This document shows, piece by piece, positions 46,071-55,423 of a DNA stretch of 64,000 bases. Every line of letters starts with the position of its first letter. The stretch's first letter is position 1. The DNA comes from Ostreococcus lucimarinus. Its lineage: Eukaryota. The stretch lies in NCBI GenBank assembly GCA_000092065.1, contig CP000597.1; one strand, written 5' to 3'. The position numbers and the translations under genes are program-made. The notes beneath the pieces were generated by a model. It worked only from the letters and a program-made list of their open reading frames with translations, searched no databases and was not told where the DNA came from.

Positions 46071-48734
46071 CTATCGCGCGTCGTTCCCGAATTCCTTCTC
46101 AAGCGCCTCGGGATGTTCAAGACACTGCAGGGCGTCCTTGTGTATGAAAAATTTAGTATCCGCCGAGTCTAAGAGTCCGCGCACGATTGTGGCGACTTGT
46201 GAGTGACAATGTTGCAAAGCACCTAACACTCTGCATGCTCCCACTCGAACGGCTTTGTCGGCGTCATCGGCGAACACGAAGATGTCTCCCACAAACTTCT
46301 TAGCCGTCTGATGGTCGTTAAAATCGCGTATCAACTGTGCAATGGTTTTCCCCAAGGCTAACAACGAACGAACACGAACCTGAGTACTTGAGGAAGTCGA
46401 GACTTGCTCTAAATATCTGGATGCGACGCGCTCGAGAAATTTTACTGCGTTTTGTCTGTCTGCCAAACATGCACATTTTTGCAAATGCAACATGGCGTCT
46501 CTCTTTTGCCGGCAAAAGACAGACGACGTTTTTTCGAATGACATCGAACATATCACGTCTATCACTCGCTTTGAACGATTTTCTAGTGATAACCAGCGCG
46601 TCAAGAATGTTTGCAACGCACTTTCTTCGGATTGCTCATCTGTCAGGGATTCCACAAACTCGCCAATTTCATCATTATACGAAATTGGCTCACTCAATGA
46701 ATTTTGAACGGCGAAACACGTGGCGGCTATATCGGCAAGCTGCGCCGTCATTTCACCCGGTCTCCATCGCATCCAATCGAGCAAAGCGTCCAGAACTGGA
46801 GCGATATTTGTGACAAAATCCGCCTTATTCAGTGTCTCATCGCCGCGTGATCGCAAGTACAAGATGAATGGTACCATGAAGTCTTTGACTGTAAGAAGTG
46901 AATCCAATGATGCATCACACGTCGCTGGGTCGATTTGTTGGGCGAGACATTCCGATATTTCAGCAACCAGTTGCGTACCGCGAAGAAGGCAAAAAAGCGC
47001 CGTGAGTGTATTTGCCCGGAACGAACGTAGTGGTACGTTACGGTCGACGATGAGACGAAATATCTCCGATGCCTCAACTTCATCCTTTGGAGTGCATGCC
47101 ATCAACATCTCGCCAGTTACGTCGATGGAAGACATTCCGCACACACAAAAGTACATAGTCTGAATTTTCACACATGCTTCAAGTTTCTTGAACTTTCGCG
47201 TCGCCATGCTAGCCTTATTCTGCTGACGAAGAATCTCTAAACATGACGCAAGGATACTTTCGACGCAATTTAGGACGCCACTTGAATCATCTAGCTTGTC
47301 ACATGAATCCAATCGAAACATAGTCTTCTCCAGACTTTCTGAAATGAACGCAACATCATCCAAGTTGAGTGCATGTGTGACGCCATGCTGCTTTCTTCTA
47401 GAGAGAAATTTTTCGCATACACACAAAGCAACCATGTGCAAAGTAAACTCGGAGTTTACGTGCAGCATCGTCGGTTCAACCCACGTCCTACGCGTCGAGG
47501 GCGCGTGAATCATCAATATTTCCATCAAATATTCCGCATCGCGCCAAACAAGACTCTTGGTCAAAGTATCTAGCAACATCTTGATGATTGAATCGACGAA
47601 CGGGGCAACGCGATCGCCGACGTGTTCGACGATGAGCGCGCACGCGCGGAGACGCCGTCCAAGGATGTCTTTGTCATCCGTGCGCCACAGCTGATCGTTT
47701 AACATGCACTGAATCATTCGTTCTAAGGTATAGTGCGTCACTGATGCAAACCCTTCATTCATAGTTTTTGTCAAGTGCGCTTTGTTCACGTAATCGATGT
47801 GCGCAAAAGGATTTCTTTTCCCGACGGCACTCACAAACATCGCGCACAGCAAAGCTGCATCCGCTTCTCTTACGGTGAAAAGCCCAGAATATATGCGTCT
47901 AACGAAGCACATGGAGACGCTACAGGACACGGCGTGTCGTACTGTGCACTTTTCATCTAAGCTCAAGCGTAACATATCACGAGCATATGCCTCGTGCACG
48001 CGCAAATCGCACAACTTCAACATCGCGGCGGTGGCCAACTCCCCGCACTGAATCGCCGCACACGCGCGGATTTTGCTGAAGCGATGACTCAAACAGAGCG
48101 TGTGGATCGTCCAAAACAGTTTCTCGAGCACTCGTATCCACTCGCTACGTCTAAAAAGTTCATTTTGAATCGCGCTCCACGCCCCGCACCACACCGCGAC
48201 TGCGACGACTTTCGAATCCTCGCTCCGCGCGTACTTTTCGAAATCCTTCACCAACTCCAGAGCGCCTTCCAACTTTCCCGTTTCATCAAAAAATTGAATT
48301 CGTCTCGCAATGTCGAACATCTCTTTCATCTCGTCCTCGATCTGTGTGTCGAGAAACAACTCTTTCGTGACGTCGTCGATCTCGGCTCGGTCAAACGCGT
48401 CGTCCGCCGCTTTGACCAAACCCGACAACACCGCCATTCTCTCGCGTTGCTGTAGTGCCTCCATCGCGATGATGAACGCGTTGTAAAGAGTCGCGATCGT
48501 GCCATCGAGCACGGCGCGCACGATCGCGTCTCGCGCGAGCGCGAGCGCGGTTTCTTTCGACGCGGCCTCGAGGACGGCGGCGCGCTCCGCGCGCGCCGAG
48601 GACGCAACACCGGCGACGTCGCGCGAAGTGAAAGGATCGAGAAACCACCGGTCAGGGGCGTCATCGTCATCATTTGCGTCGTTTTGGGGCATGGTTTTGG
48701 ACGAAACGATCGGTCGAGCGTCGAGGTGTGACAA
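46071..48734 (-). CDS. Large alpha-helical (ARM/HEAT-like) protein of unknown function; markedly lower GC than its neighbours.
   Basis: 887-aa uninterrupted ORF. Leu/Ile/Phe/Cys-rich helical composition without low-complexity tracts; local GC about 50% versus over 70% in the flanks. Confidence 0.5.
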   Translation of the reverse strand: MSHLDARPIVSSKTMPQNDANDDDDAPDRWFLDPFTSRDVAGVASSARAERAAVLEAASKETALALARDAIVRAVLDGTIATLYNAFIIAMEALQQRERMAVLSGLVKAADDAFDRAEIDDVTKELFLDTQIEDEMKEMFDIARRIQFFDETGKLEGALELVKDFEKYARSEDSKVVAVAVWCGAWSAIQNELFRRSEWIRVLEKLFWTIHTLCLSHRFSKIRACAAIQCGELATAAMLKLCDLRVHEAYARDMLRLSLDEKCTVRHAVSCSVSMCFVRRIYSGLFTVREADAALLCAMFVSAVGKRNPFAHIDYVNKAHLTKTMNEGFASVTHYTLERMIQCMLNDQLWRTDDKDILGRRLRACALIVEHVGDRVAPFVDSIIKMLLDTLTKSLVWRDAEYLMEILMIHAPSTRRTWVEPTMLHVNSEFTLHMVALCVCEKFLSRRKQHGVTHALNLDDVAFISESLEKTMFRLDSCDKLDDSSGVLNCVESILASCLEILRQQNKASMATRKFKKLEACVKIQTMYFCVCGMSSIDVTGEMLMACTPKDEVEASEIFRLIVDRNVPLRSFRANTLTALFCLLRGTQLVAEISECLAQQIDPATCDASLDSLLTVKDFMVPFILYLRSRGDETLNKADFVTNIAPVLDALLDWMRWRPGEMTAQLADIAATCFAVQNSLSEPISYNDEIGEFVESLTDEQSEESALQTFLTRWLSLENRSKRVIDVICSMSFEKTSSVFCRQKRDAMLHLQKCACLADRQNAVKFLERVASRYLEQVSTSSSTQVRVRSLLALGKTIAQLIRDFNDHQTAKKFVGDIFVFADDADKAVRVGACRVLGALQHCHSQVATIVRGLLDSADTKFFIHKDALQCLEHPEALEKEFGNDAR

Positions 48735-48797
48735 CGCCGGCGGCGTTTTCGTTTCGTTCTCGCGAAACGACGCTCACATTATCTAAGTCTATGGAAT

Positions 48798-51149
48798 CTA
48801 TGGGTCTACACGCGCGACCGCGCGCAAGATGGCGCTCGCCTTGAGCTCTATTTCCTCCCACTCCGACACTGGATCACTGAGAATGGTGATCGCGCCTCCC
48901 GCGCCGATCCACTGCTCGTCGCCGCGCGAGAGCACGCTTCGGATGACGATGTTCAGATCGAAGGCGCGCGAAAGCGAAAAGAATCCGATCGAACCGCTGT
49001 AAACCATCCGCGGACCGGTTTCCAAGGCGTCGATGATTTCCATAGTACGTATTTTTGGCGCACCTGTCATACTACCGCCCGGATAGGTGGCGCGGACGAC
49101 ATGCATCGGGGTGACGTCGTCGCGTCGGCGACCTCGAACCGTGCTGACGAGTTGGTGCACTGTGGCGTAGGATTCAATTTGCATCAATCCTGGGACCTCG
49201 ACAGTGCCCACGTCGCACACGCGCGCGAGATCGTTTCGCAACAAGTCAACGATCATCAAATTTTCTGCACGGTCCTTGACGTTGCGCTCGAGGGCGAGCG
49301 CGGCGGCGCGGTCTGCGGCGCCGCCGAGCGGTTCGAGACGCTTGCACGTGCCTTTAATCGGCTTCGCCTCGAGCGCACCCTCGGTGGTGTGGCGTAAAAA
49401 CCGTTCGGGGGAGCAACATGAAATCACCAACGGGTGTTCGTCGCCGCCAATGCTCAGAAGCGCGGCATAAGGCGCGGCGTTACTACGGCGAAGCTCAGAA
49501 TAGAGCCGGCGCGGCTCCGCGCGCGAACCAGTTCGGCGCAACATGTTCGTCAAACACACTTCGTACGTTTCCCCCGCCTCGATGGCGTCTTGACTTGCTT
49601 TGATGTCCGATATGTACTCATCGCGATCGCGGCGCCACTTGAAACCGGTCTTCTCGAGTAACTCGGTCGATGACATCGGCGGCGAGGTCGTCGGCGGCGA
49701 ATCCGAAGCCTCGACGGTCTCCGTCGCCAGGCGCGAGACCTCGCGAGTCGTCGCCGCGACCCACGATTGCGTCGCATCGCGTCCGCGAGCGTCGTCTTCT
49801 TCGTAAACACCCACGATGTACGCCTGGCGCTCGACGTGATCGAACGCGACGAAGCGATCGGCCAAGAAGAACGCCGCGTCCGGGAGCGGCGAATCGTACT
49901 TCGGCGGAAGCGAATCGCACTCGTCGCGCAATTCATAGCCTAAATACCCCACAAAACCACCTTGGAAATCGAACGGCAACGCCGCGGCGTCCGATTCGTT
50001 GAGCGTTCTTCTCTGAAGCTCGTCGTCGAGCCAAGACACGAATCCACGCTCGAGCGTCGTCGTTGTTGAGGCTTCGCCGTCAAAAATCTCAATCGACCCC
50101 GCGGCGCGTCGACGCGTCGACGCGCCGCCCACGCGCCAACACACCTTTCCGTTATCTTCGACCGTGTCCGCGTCGCGCTCGGGCGCGGACGCGAGATTAT
50201 ATCGCACGCGTCGCCACATCGACCCCCCACGCGCGCCCATAAAGCTAAACCGCCCCTTGGACTCGTCCGCGGAATCGAGCCAAAAGCAGTCGCGCGCCAC
50301 GTCGCCCGCGTCGCCTTCGACGCCGCCAAACAAACTCCAAAATATGCCCTCCGTCGTGAACGCGCTCGACGACGCGACATCCAAACTATTAAACTCTAAT
50401 CGCACGCGCGATCGCGCTGTCATCGGGATCGACGCGCGCGTCGTCGGCTCGTCCGCCGCGCCCAGCGAGCGAGGAATCGCTTCGCCGCTCGGCGGCGCCC
50501 GCCCTCGCGTCTTCCACCACCGGTCGCTGATCGCCATAAAATTCGCATAGATCTTATCCCCGTACGTCGTGCTCACGCTTTCCGGGTGAAACTGCACGCC
50601 GAATCGCGGCAACTCGCGATGATCGATCGCCATAATCGTCCCGTCGTCCTCCGCCCACGCGCGCGCTCGATACTCCTCTCCGCACGCCGTCACCGCCAAC
50701 GAGTGATACCGCGTCGCCACGAACCCGGCGTCCCCTCCCGACGGCACGCCATCAAACAGCGCGCTCTCACCGTCGTGTCGCACCCCGCACACGCGTCCGT
50801 GCACCGCTCCGCGCGGATTCCGTTCCGCGACGCCGCCGGCCGCGAGCGCCGCGAGCGCCTGGTGCCCCAAACACACCCCGAAGATCGGCATCTCGCGCGC
50901 TTCCGCCGCGTTCGACCGCACGAGCGCGTCGCCGACGCCCAAATCGCTCGCCCGACCCGGCGTCCCGGGCCCCGGCCCGATCACGACGCGCGTCACCGTC
51001 GTTCGCAGCGCCGCTCGAAGCTCCGAAAAGTGCACCTCGTCGTTCTTAATCACCCACGGCATCGCGCCCTCGCACCGCGCGATCACGTGCGCCAGGATTT
51101 CGGCGTACGAATCGTAGTTGTTGATCAGCAGCGCGCGCGCGGGCGCCAT
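48798..51149 (-). CDS. Bifunctional aminodeoxychorismate synthase: N-terminal class-I glutamine amidotransferase (PabA) fused to a C-terminal chorismate-binding domain (PabB), in the eukaryotic/plastid ADCS arrangement.
   Basis: GATase block LLINNYDSYAEILAHVI...PIFGVCLGHQALAALAAGGVAE...RYHSLAV...FGVQFHPES (Cys-His-Glu triad context). Chorismate-binding block GETYEVCLTNML...GAPKIRTMEIIDALETGPRMVYSGSIGFFS. GATase-first domain order favours ADCS over anthranilate synthase. Confidence 0.65.
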   Translation of the reverse strand: MAPARALLINNYDSYAEILAHVIARCEGAMPWVIKNDEVHFSELRAALRTTVTRVVIGPGPGTPGRASDLGVGDALVRSNAAEAREMPIFGVCLGHQALAALAAGGVAERNPRGAVHGRVCGVRHDGESALFDGVPSGGDAGFVATRYHSLAVTACGEEYRARAWAEDDGTIMAIDHRELPRFGVQFHPESVSTTYGDKIYANFMAISDRWWKTRGRAPPSGEAIPRSLGAADEPTTRASIPMTARSRVRLEFNSLDVASSSAFTTEGIFWSLFGGVEGDAGDVARDCFWLDSADESKGRFSFMGARGGSMWRRVRYNLASAPERDADTVEDNGKVCWRVGGASTRRRAAGSIEIFDGEASTTTTLERGFVSWLDDELQRRTLNESDAAALPFDFQGGFVGYLGYELRDECDSLPPKYDSPLPDAAFFLADRFVAFDHVERQAYIVGVYEEDDARGRDATQSWVAATTREVSRLATETVEASDSPPTTSPPMSSTELLEKTGFKWRRDRDEYISDIKASQDAIEAGETYEVCLTNMLRRTGSRAEPRRLYSELRRSNAAPYAALLSIGGDEHPLVISCCSPERFLRHTTEGALEAKPIKGTCKRLEPLGGAADRAAALALERNVKDRAENLMIVDLLRNDLARVCDVGTVEVPGLMQIESYATVHQLVSTVRGRRRDDVTPMHVVRATYPGGSMTGAPKIRTMEIIDALETGPRMVYSGSIGFFSLSRAFDLNIVIRSVLSRGDEQWIGAGGAITILSDPVSEWEEIELKASAILRAVARVDP

Positions 51150-51385
51150 GGCGCCGCGCGCGCGACGGTGTGACGCGCGGACGTCGCCTCCGGGAGGTCG
51201 ACCGACGCGCCGAGCGACGGCGCGCCGCGCGCCACACCGTCGCGCCGGCGCCCGCTCGACGCGCGCGCGAAGACCGCGAGACGCGCGACGCGCGCGCGGT
51301 CGCGACGCGCGGCGCGCGCGACGACGCGCGTCGACGCGCGAAAAGGTTATCCAACGCGGCGACGATCGGTGCGACGAACGCGAAA

Positions 51386-52354
51386 ATGTCCGGCGACGAC
51401 GCGAAGCGCGCGAGCGACGCGGCGAGCGCGCGCGATAAGTTGCTGTGGATCATCATCTACTCCCTGTGCTCGTCGACGATGCTGGTGATCAATAAGCTCG
51501 CGGTGGGCGCGAACGGGCTGCCGACGGTGGTGGCGGGCGCGCAGCTCGCGGTGTCGGCGGCGGTGGTCGTCGTGATGGAATTCGCGGGCGCGGGAGTGTT
51601 GGGACCGTTTGAGAAGAAGCGGATCGTGCCGTTCGTGCTGTACACGACGATGTTCGCCATGGGGTTGTTTTCGAACATGAAGGCGCTGATGCTGACAAAC
51701 GTCGGGGCGGTGATTTCGGCGAGGTGCTGCCTGCCGCTCATCGTGTGCTCGATCGAGTGGTTTTTCATGAATCGAGCGTTCCCGAACGCTCGAAGCGTGA
51801 TGTCGCTCATGGGAGTCGTGGTTTCGGCCGGGATTTACATCGCGAACGATACCGGGGTGGACATTCAAGGCGGGGCGGGGATGTTTTGGTTGCTCGTGTG
51901 GTGGCTGTTGCTCGCGGTGCAGATGACGTACGGAAAACACCTGACGGAGAACATCGCGATGACGCAGTGGGAGCGAGTGTTTTACACGAACGCCATGGCT
52001 ATCCCGCCGACTATAGTTCTTTATTACGCCACCGGGGAAAACGAGCTCGAGATGGAGGATGGCGAAGGGGCGATGTTTTATTTGATTTTGAGTTGCGTCG
52101 TCGGCGTGGCGATTTCGTACAGCGGGTGGAAGTGCAGAAGCGTCATCACGGCGACGACCTTCACGCTCGTGGGGGTGCTGAATAAGATGGCCACGATCAC
52201 ATTCACCATCATCGTCTGGCCTAAAGATTTCTCGGTGGTTAAAACGCTCGCTTTAATCGCGAGCGTGGGGTTCGGTTTGCTCTACACGGAGGCGCCGCTG
52301 CGCAAGCCCAAGGTCGCGGGCGCAGGAACTTCGCCGCTTGGGATTAAGCACTAG
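51386..52354 (+). CDS. Drug/metabolite-transporter-superfamily nucleotide-sugar or triose-phosphate-translocator-like transporter (TPT family).
   Basis: About 10 hydrophobic helices. Motifs typical of NST/TPT proteins: SSTMLVINKLAV, KALMLTNVGAVISARCCLPLIV, TFTLVGVLNKMATITFTIIVW. Start at the ATG at 51386 after an R-rich leader. Confidence 0.6.
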   Translation: MSGDDAKRASDAASARDKLLWIIIYSLCSSTMLVINKLAVGANGLPTVVAGAQLAVSAAVVVVMEFAGAGVLGPFEKKRIVPFVLYTTMFAMGLFSNMKALMLTNVGAVISARCCLPLIVCSIEWFFMNRAFPNARSVMSLMGVVVSAGIYIANDTGVDIQGGAGMFWLLVWWLLLAVQMTYGKHLTENIAMTQWERVFYTNAMAIPPTIVLYYATGENELEMEDGEGAMFYLILSCVVGVAISYSGWKCRSVITATTFTLVGVLNKMATITFTIIVWPKDFSVVKTLALIASVGFGLLYTEAPLRKPKVAGAGTSPLGIKH

Positions 52355-52483
52355 ATACGTTCGCGTTGGTTCATATTGTAGCATTTTCACTTTAATTGCA
52401 ACGTTCGTCCATTCGTATAAAGAAGTGTGAAAAGTTGAGCGGAGTTACTACGAACGAAGCGTCGTGGGAACTCGCCGTGGGAC

Positions 52484-53189
52484 CTAGTCTTCCTCATCGA
52501 CGTCTTGCCCCGTTTGCGCGGATTCGTCCATGTCCGACGTCCATAAAGTGAGGTTATCTCGCAACAACTGCATGATGAGCGTGCTATCTTTGTACGACTC
52601 TTCACCGAGAGTATCGAGCTCGCTGATGGCCTCGTCGAACGCCTTCTTCGCCATTTGGCACGCGCGCTCCGGGGCGTTCAAGATTTCATAGTAGAAGACG
52701 GAAAAGTTGAGCGCCAAGCCGAGCCGTATCGGGTGCGTCGACGCGAGTTCGGCTTCGGCGGTTTGCTCGGCACTCTTGTACGCCAAGAGCGTCTCCTCCG
52801 CAGCCTCCTTGCGTTCCGATCCACCCTTGAACTCGGCGAGATAACGCCAGTAATCGCCCTTCATCTTTTTGTAAAAAACCTTCGATTCGCCCGCGGAGCA
52901 TCGATCCTCCAGATGGTTCTTGAGTAAATCCAAAATCCGCGTGCAGATGTCCGTGAGTTCCTTCTCAACGTTCGCCTTGTATGCGGCGATCAACTTGCAC
53001 TTATCGCTCTCCTTCGAGTGCTTCGCTTCCTCCTTAGTTTCGATCGAACTCACGATGCGCCACGACGCGCGTCGCGCGCCGATGACATTCTTAAACGCGA
53101 CGCTCAGCAAGTTTCGCTCTTCGACGCTCAACTCTTCTTCGCTCGACTTGAGCGTCACCTCGCTCATGTAATCCATCATCTCTTCATAC
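52484..53189 (-). CDS. 14-3-3 protein, exon 2 (acceptor AAATAG|G at 53191-53190).
   Basis: [50 protein letters not shown]...[11 protein letters not shown]...[17 protein letters not shown]...[19 protein letters not shown]: canonical 14-3-3 blocks. Confidence 0.9.
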
Positions 53190-53565
53190 CTATTTCGTTT
53201 CGAAACGGAAAAAGTCAGTCCTCTCGCTCCCCGCGCGCGCGTCGTCGTCGTCGTCGTCGTCGTCCTCGCGTCCGACCCCTCGCGCCTCGACCCACCGCGC
53301 GCGTCCCTCGTCGCGCGCGCGTCGACGCGCGCCCCACGTCTCGCCCCGCCGTCGTCCCTCGCCCGTCGTCGCGCCGGATCGCCGCCTCGTCCCCTTCGTC
53401 CCGATCGCGCGTCTCCCGATCCCGTCCTCGCGCGCCCATCGCGTTCGCTGCCCCCGATCGCCCGTCCCGAGTCCCGCGCCGCGTCCCATCGCGTCGCGTC
53501 CGCGCGCGTCCGCGCGTCGCGCGCGCGTCCGCGCGTCCGTCGCGTCGCCTCGCGTCGCCTCGCAC

Positions 53566-53645
53566 CGCTCCGCCTGCTCCGCGAGCTTCGCCTTGTACAC
53601 GAGATCTTCGCGCTTGAGCGCGCTCAGATCCTCCTTTTCGCTCAT
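53566..53645 (-). CDS. 14-3-3 protein, exon 1 ([27 protein letters not shown]). Donor GAGCG|GTGCGAG; a 376-bp CG-rich intron at 53190-53565.
   Basis: Splicing exon 1 to exon 2 restores the universally conserved 14-3-3 N-terminus (...[20 protein letters not shown]...). Exon 1 lies in a different ORF-track entry (53190..53645) that is only in frame for its first 27 codons. Confidence 0.8.
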
Positions 53646-53912
53646 CGCGCGCCGATCGCGATGTGACGCGTCGCGGCGCGGCGGTCGGCGCGATCGCGCG
53701 ATCGAGCGCGCGCGCGTGTGCGCTCGCCGCGCGCGCGATCGGGGTCAACGTGACAGGGCATCCGACGCTTTTTCCGCGCGGTCGGTCGTCGTGTGCGCAA
53801 ACAGTGAGACACGTCGTCGGCGCGTCACTGTTGCCGCCAATAGTGTTTATATACCGTCATTGTAGTTATTATATTATCTCAGAGTTCATATAAAGACGAT
53901 ACGTATACATAG
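53646..53912. promoter_or_regulatory. Divergent promoter region shared by the 14-3-3 (-) and RCC1-like (+) genes. It contains the only strongly AT-rich, TATA-like stretch in the vicinity.
   Basis: tatataccgtcattgtagttattatattatctcagagttcatataaagacgatacgtatacatag lies at 53840-53910, immediately upstream of the RCC1-like ATG, in otherwise ~75% GC context. Confidence 0.35.
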
Positions 53913-55340
53913 ATGAATACGGCCCCGTCGGTGCGCGGATTCAAATCGAAGCGCGCGCGGCGACGCGCGATCGCGCGCCGCACGACGACGCGCGCGATGG
54001 ACGCGCCCGACCGCGCCGACGCGACGCTCGCGTGCGAACTGCTCTACTGCGGCGCGACCGATTTCGCGAGCGTCGGACGACAGAAGACGAACGAATCCGG
54101 CGCGCACGCCGACCTCGTCGAACCGCATCGCTACGCGACGCTCGCGGATAAAACGTGGACGCGCGTCGCCGGCGGCGCGGCGGCGACGCACTGCGCGGCG
54201 ATCGATGACGAGGGACGATTGTACACGTGGGGACGGAACGAGCGGGGACAGCTCGGACACGGGGATTACGTGAGCCGAGGGACGCCGACGCGAGTGGAGG
54301 CGCTGGGGGAGACGCGGTGCGCGAGCGCGGCGTGCGGGAAGGGACACACGGTGGTGGTGTGCGAAAACGGGGACGTGTACGGCTTTGGATCGAATAAGTT
54401 TGGACAGTTGGGATGCGGGACGATGAAGAAACAGATGAAGAAGGGGGACGCGGAGGATGATAAGTTGACGCCGGTGAAGGCGCTCGTGACGAACGGGAAG
54501 AGCGCGTCGTGCGGGGCGGAGTTTACCGCGGTGGTGACGCGCGATGGGGAGGTGTTCACGTACGGTTTGCCGCAATACGGCCAGCTTGGACATGGGACTG
54601 ATCACGAATATAACACCAGTGCGAGTTCTATTAAGATTGTGTACGAACCGCAACCGCACCCGAAGCGCGTCGTCGCCAACGGCTTCGGCGAACGTAAAAT
54701 CGTTAAACTCGCGTGCGGGACGAATCACGTCGCGTGCTTCGACGATGCCGGCAAAATTTGGACTTGGGGGAACGGTGGTTACGGCCGTCTCGGTCATCGC
54801 GTGCAGAAAGATGAATTCGCGCCGAAAATGGTTGAGATTCAAGGCGGCGACCGCAACCTCGTTCCCGCGGACGCCGTCCTCGGCGCCGGGTCGACTTCGA
54901 CGTTTGTCTCCGCGTTACAGGGACAAATGTACGCCTTCGGTAAACTGAAAACGACTGGTGATAACACCATGTACCCGGTTCCGCTCATGGATCTGCAAGG
55001 TTGGGTATTGCGCGACTTCGCGTGCGGTAGCGTCACCTTCGCGGGGTGCGCTGAAAAGTCGGCCGTGACGTGGGGCGGAGGCGCGTACGGCGAACTCGGG
55101 TACGGGCCCAAGGGAAAGAAATCCAGCGCCAATCCCGATTTGGTGCCTTCTTTGGAGGGTAAGACGACGCGTCGCGTCGCGTGTGGGAACGGCTACACGC
55201 TTTTCCTGGTCGATAAGGAAGACGCCAAGGATTTGCCCGCATTCACTCCCGGCCCGGACCAAGAACCGAAGCCGGCGGTTGGCGCCAAGACGAAAGCCGG
55301 CGCCGCGAAGGGAGGCGCCGCGAAAAAGGCTAAAAAGTAA
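53913..55340 (+). CDS. RCC1-repeat (regulator of chromosome condensation-like) beta-propeller protein with a basic C-terminal tail.
   Basis: Seven repeats of the RCC1 signature (YTWGRNERGQLGHGD; YGFGSNKFGQLGCG; FTYGLPQYGQLGHG; WTWGNGGYGRLGH; VTWGGGAYGELGYG; ACGNGYTLFL). C-terminus KAGAAKGGAAKKAKK. Confidence 0.8.
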   Translation: MNTAPSVRGFKSKRARRRAIARRTTTRAMDAPDRADATLACELLYCGATDFASVGRQKTNESGAHADLVEPHRYATLADKTWTRVAGGAAATHCAAIDDEGRLYTWGRNERGQLGHGDYVSRGTPTRVEALGETRCASAACGKGHTVVVCENGDVYGFGSNKFGQLGCGTMKKQMKKGDAEDDKLTPVKALVTNGKSASCGAEFTAVVTRDGEVFTYGLPQYGQLGHGTDHEYNTSASSIKIVYEPQPHPKRVVANGFGERKIVKLACGTNHVACFDDAGKIWTWGNGGYGRLGHRVQKDEFAPKMVEIQGGDRNLVPADAVLGAGSTSTFVSALQGQMYAFGKLKTTGDNTMYPVPLMDLQGWVLRDFACGSVTFAGCAEKSAVTWGGGAYGELGYGPKGKKSSANPDLVPSLEGKTTRRVACGNGYTLFLVDKEDAKDLPAFTPGPDQEPKPAVGAKTKAGAAKGGAAKKAKK

Positions 55341-55423
55341 TCATCAAGTTATCGCACGAAGTAGTTTGCAAATTCGGAATATGAATCAAGAAATTAATGT
55401 TATTTTATCGCACACATCGCCGT

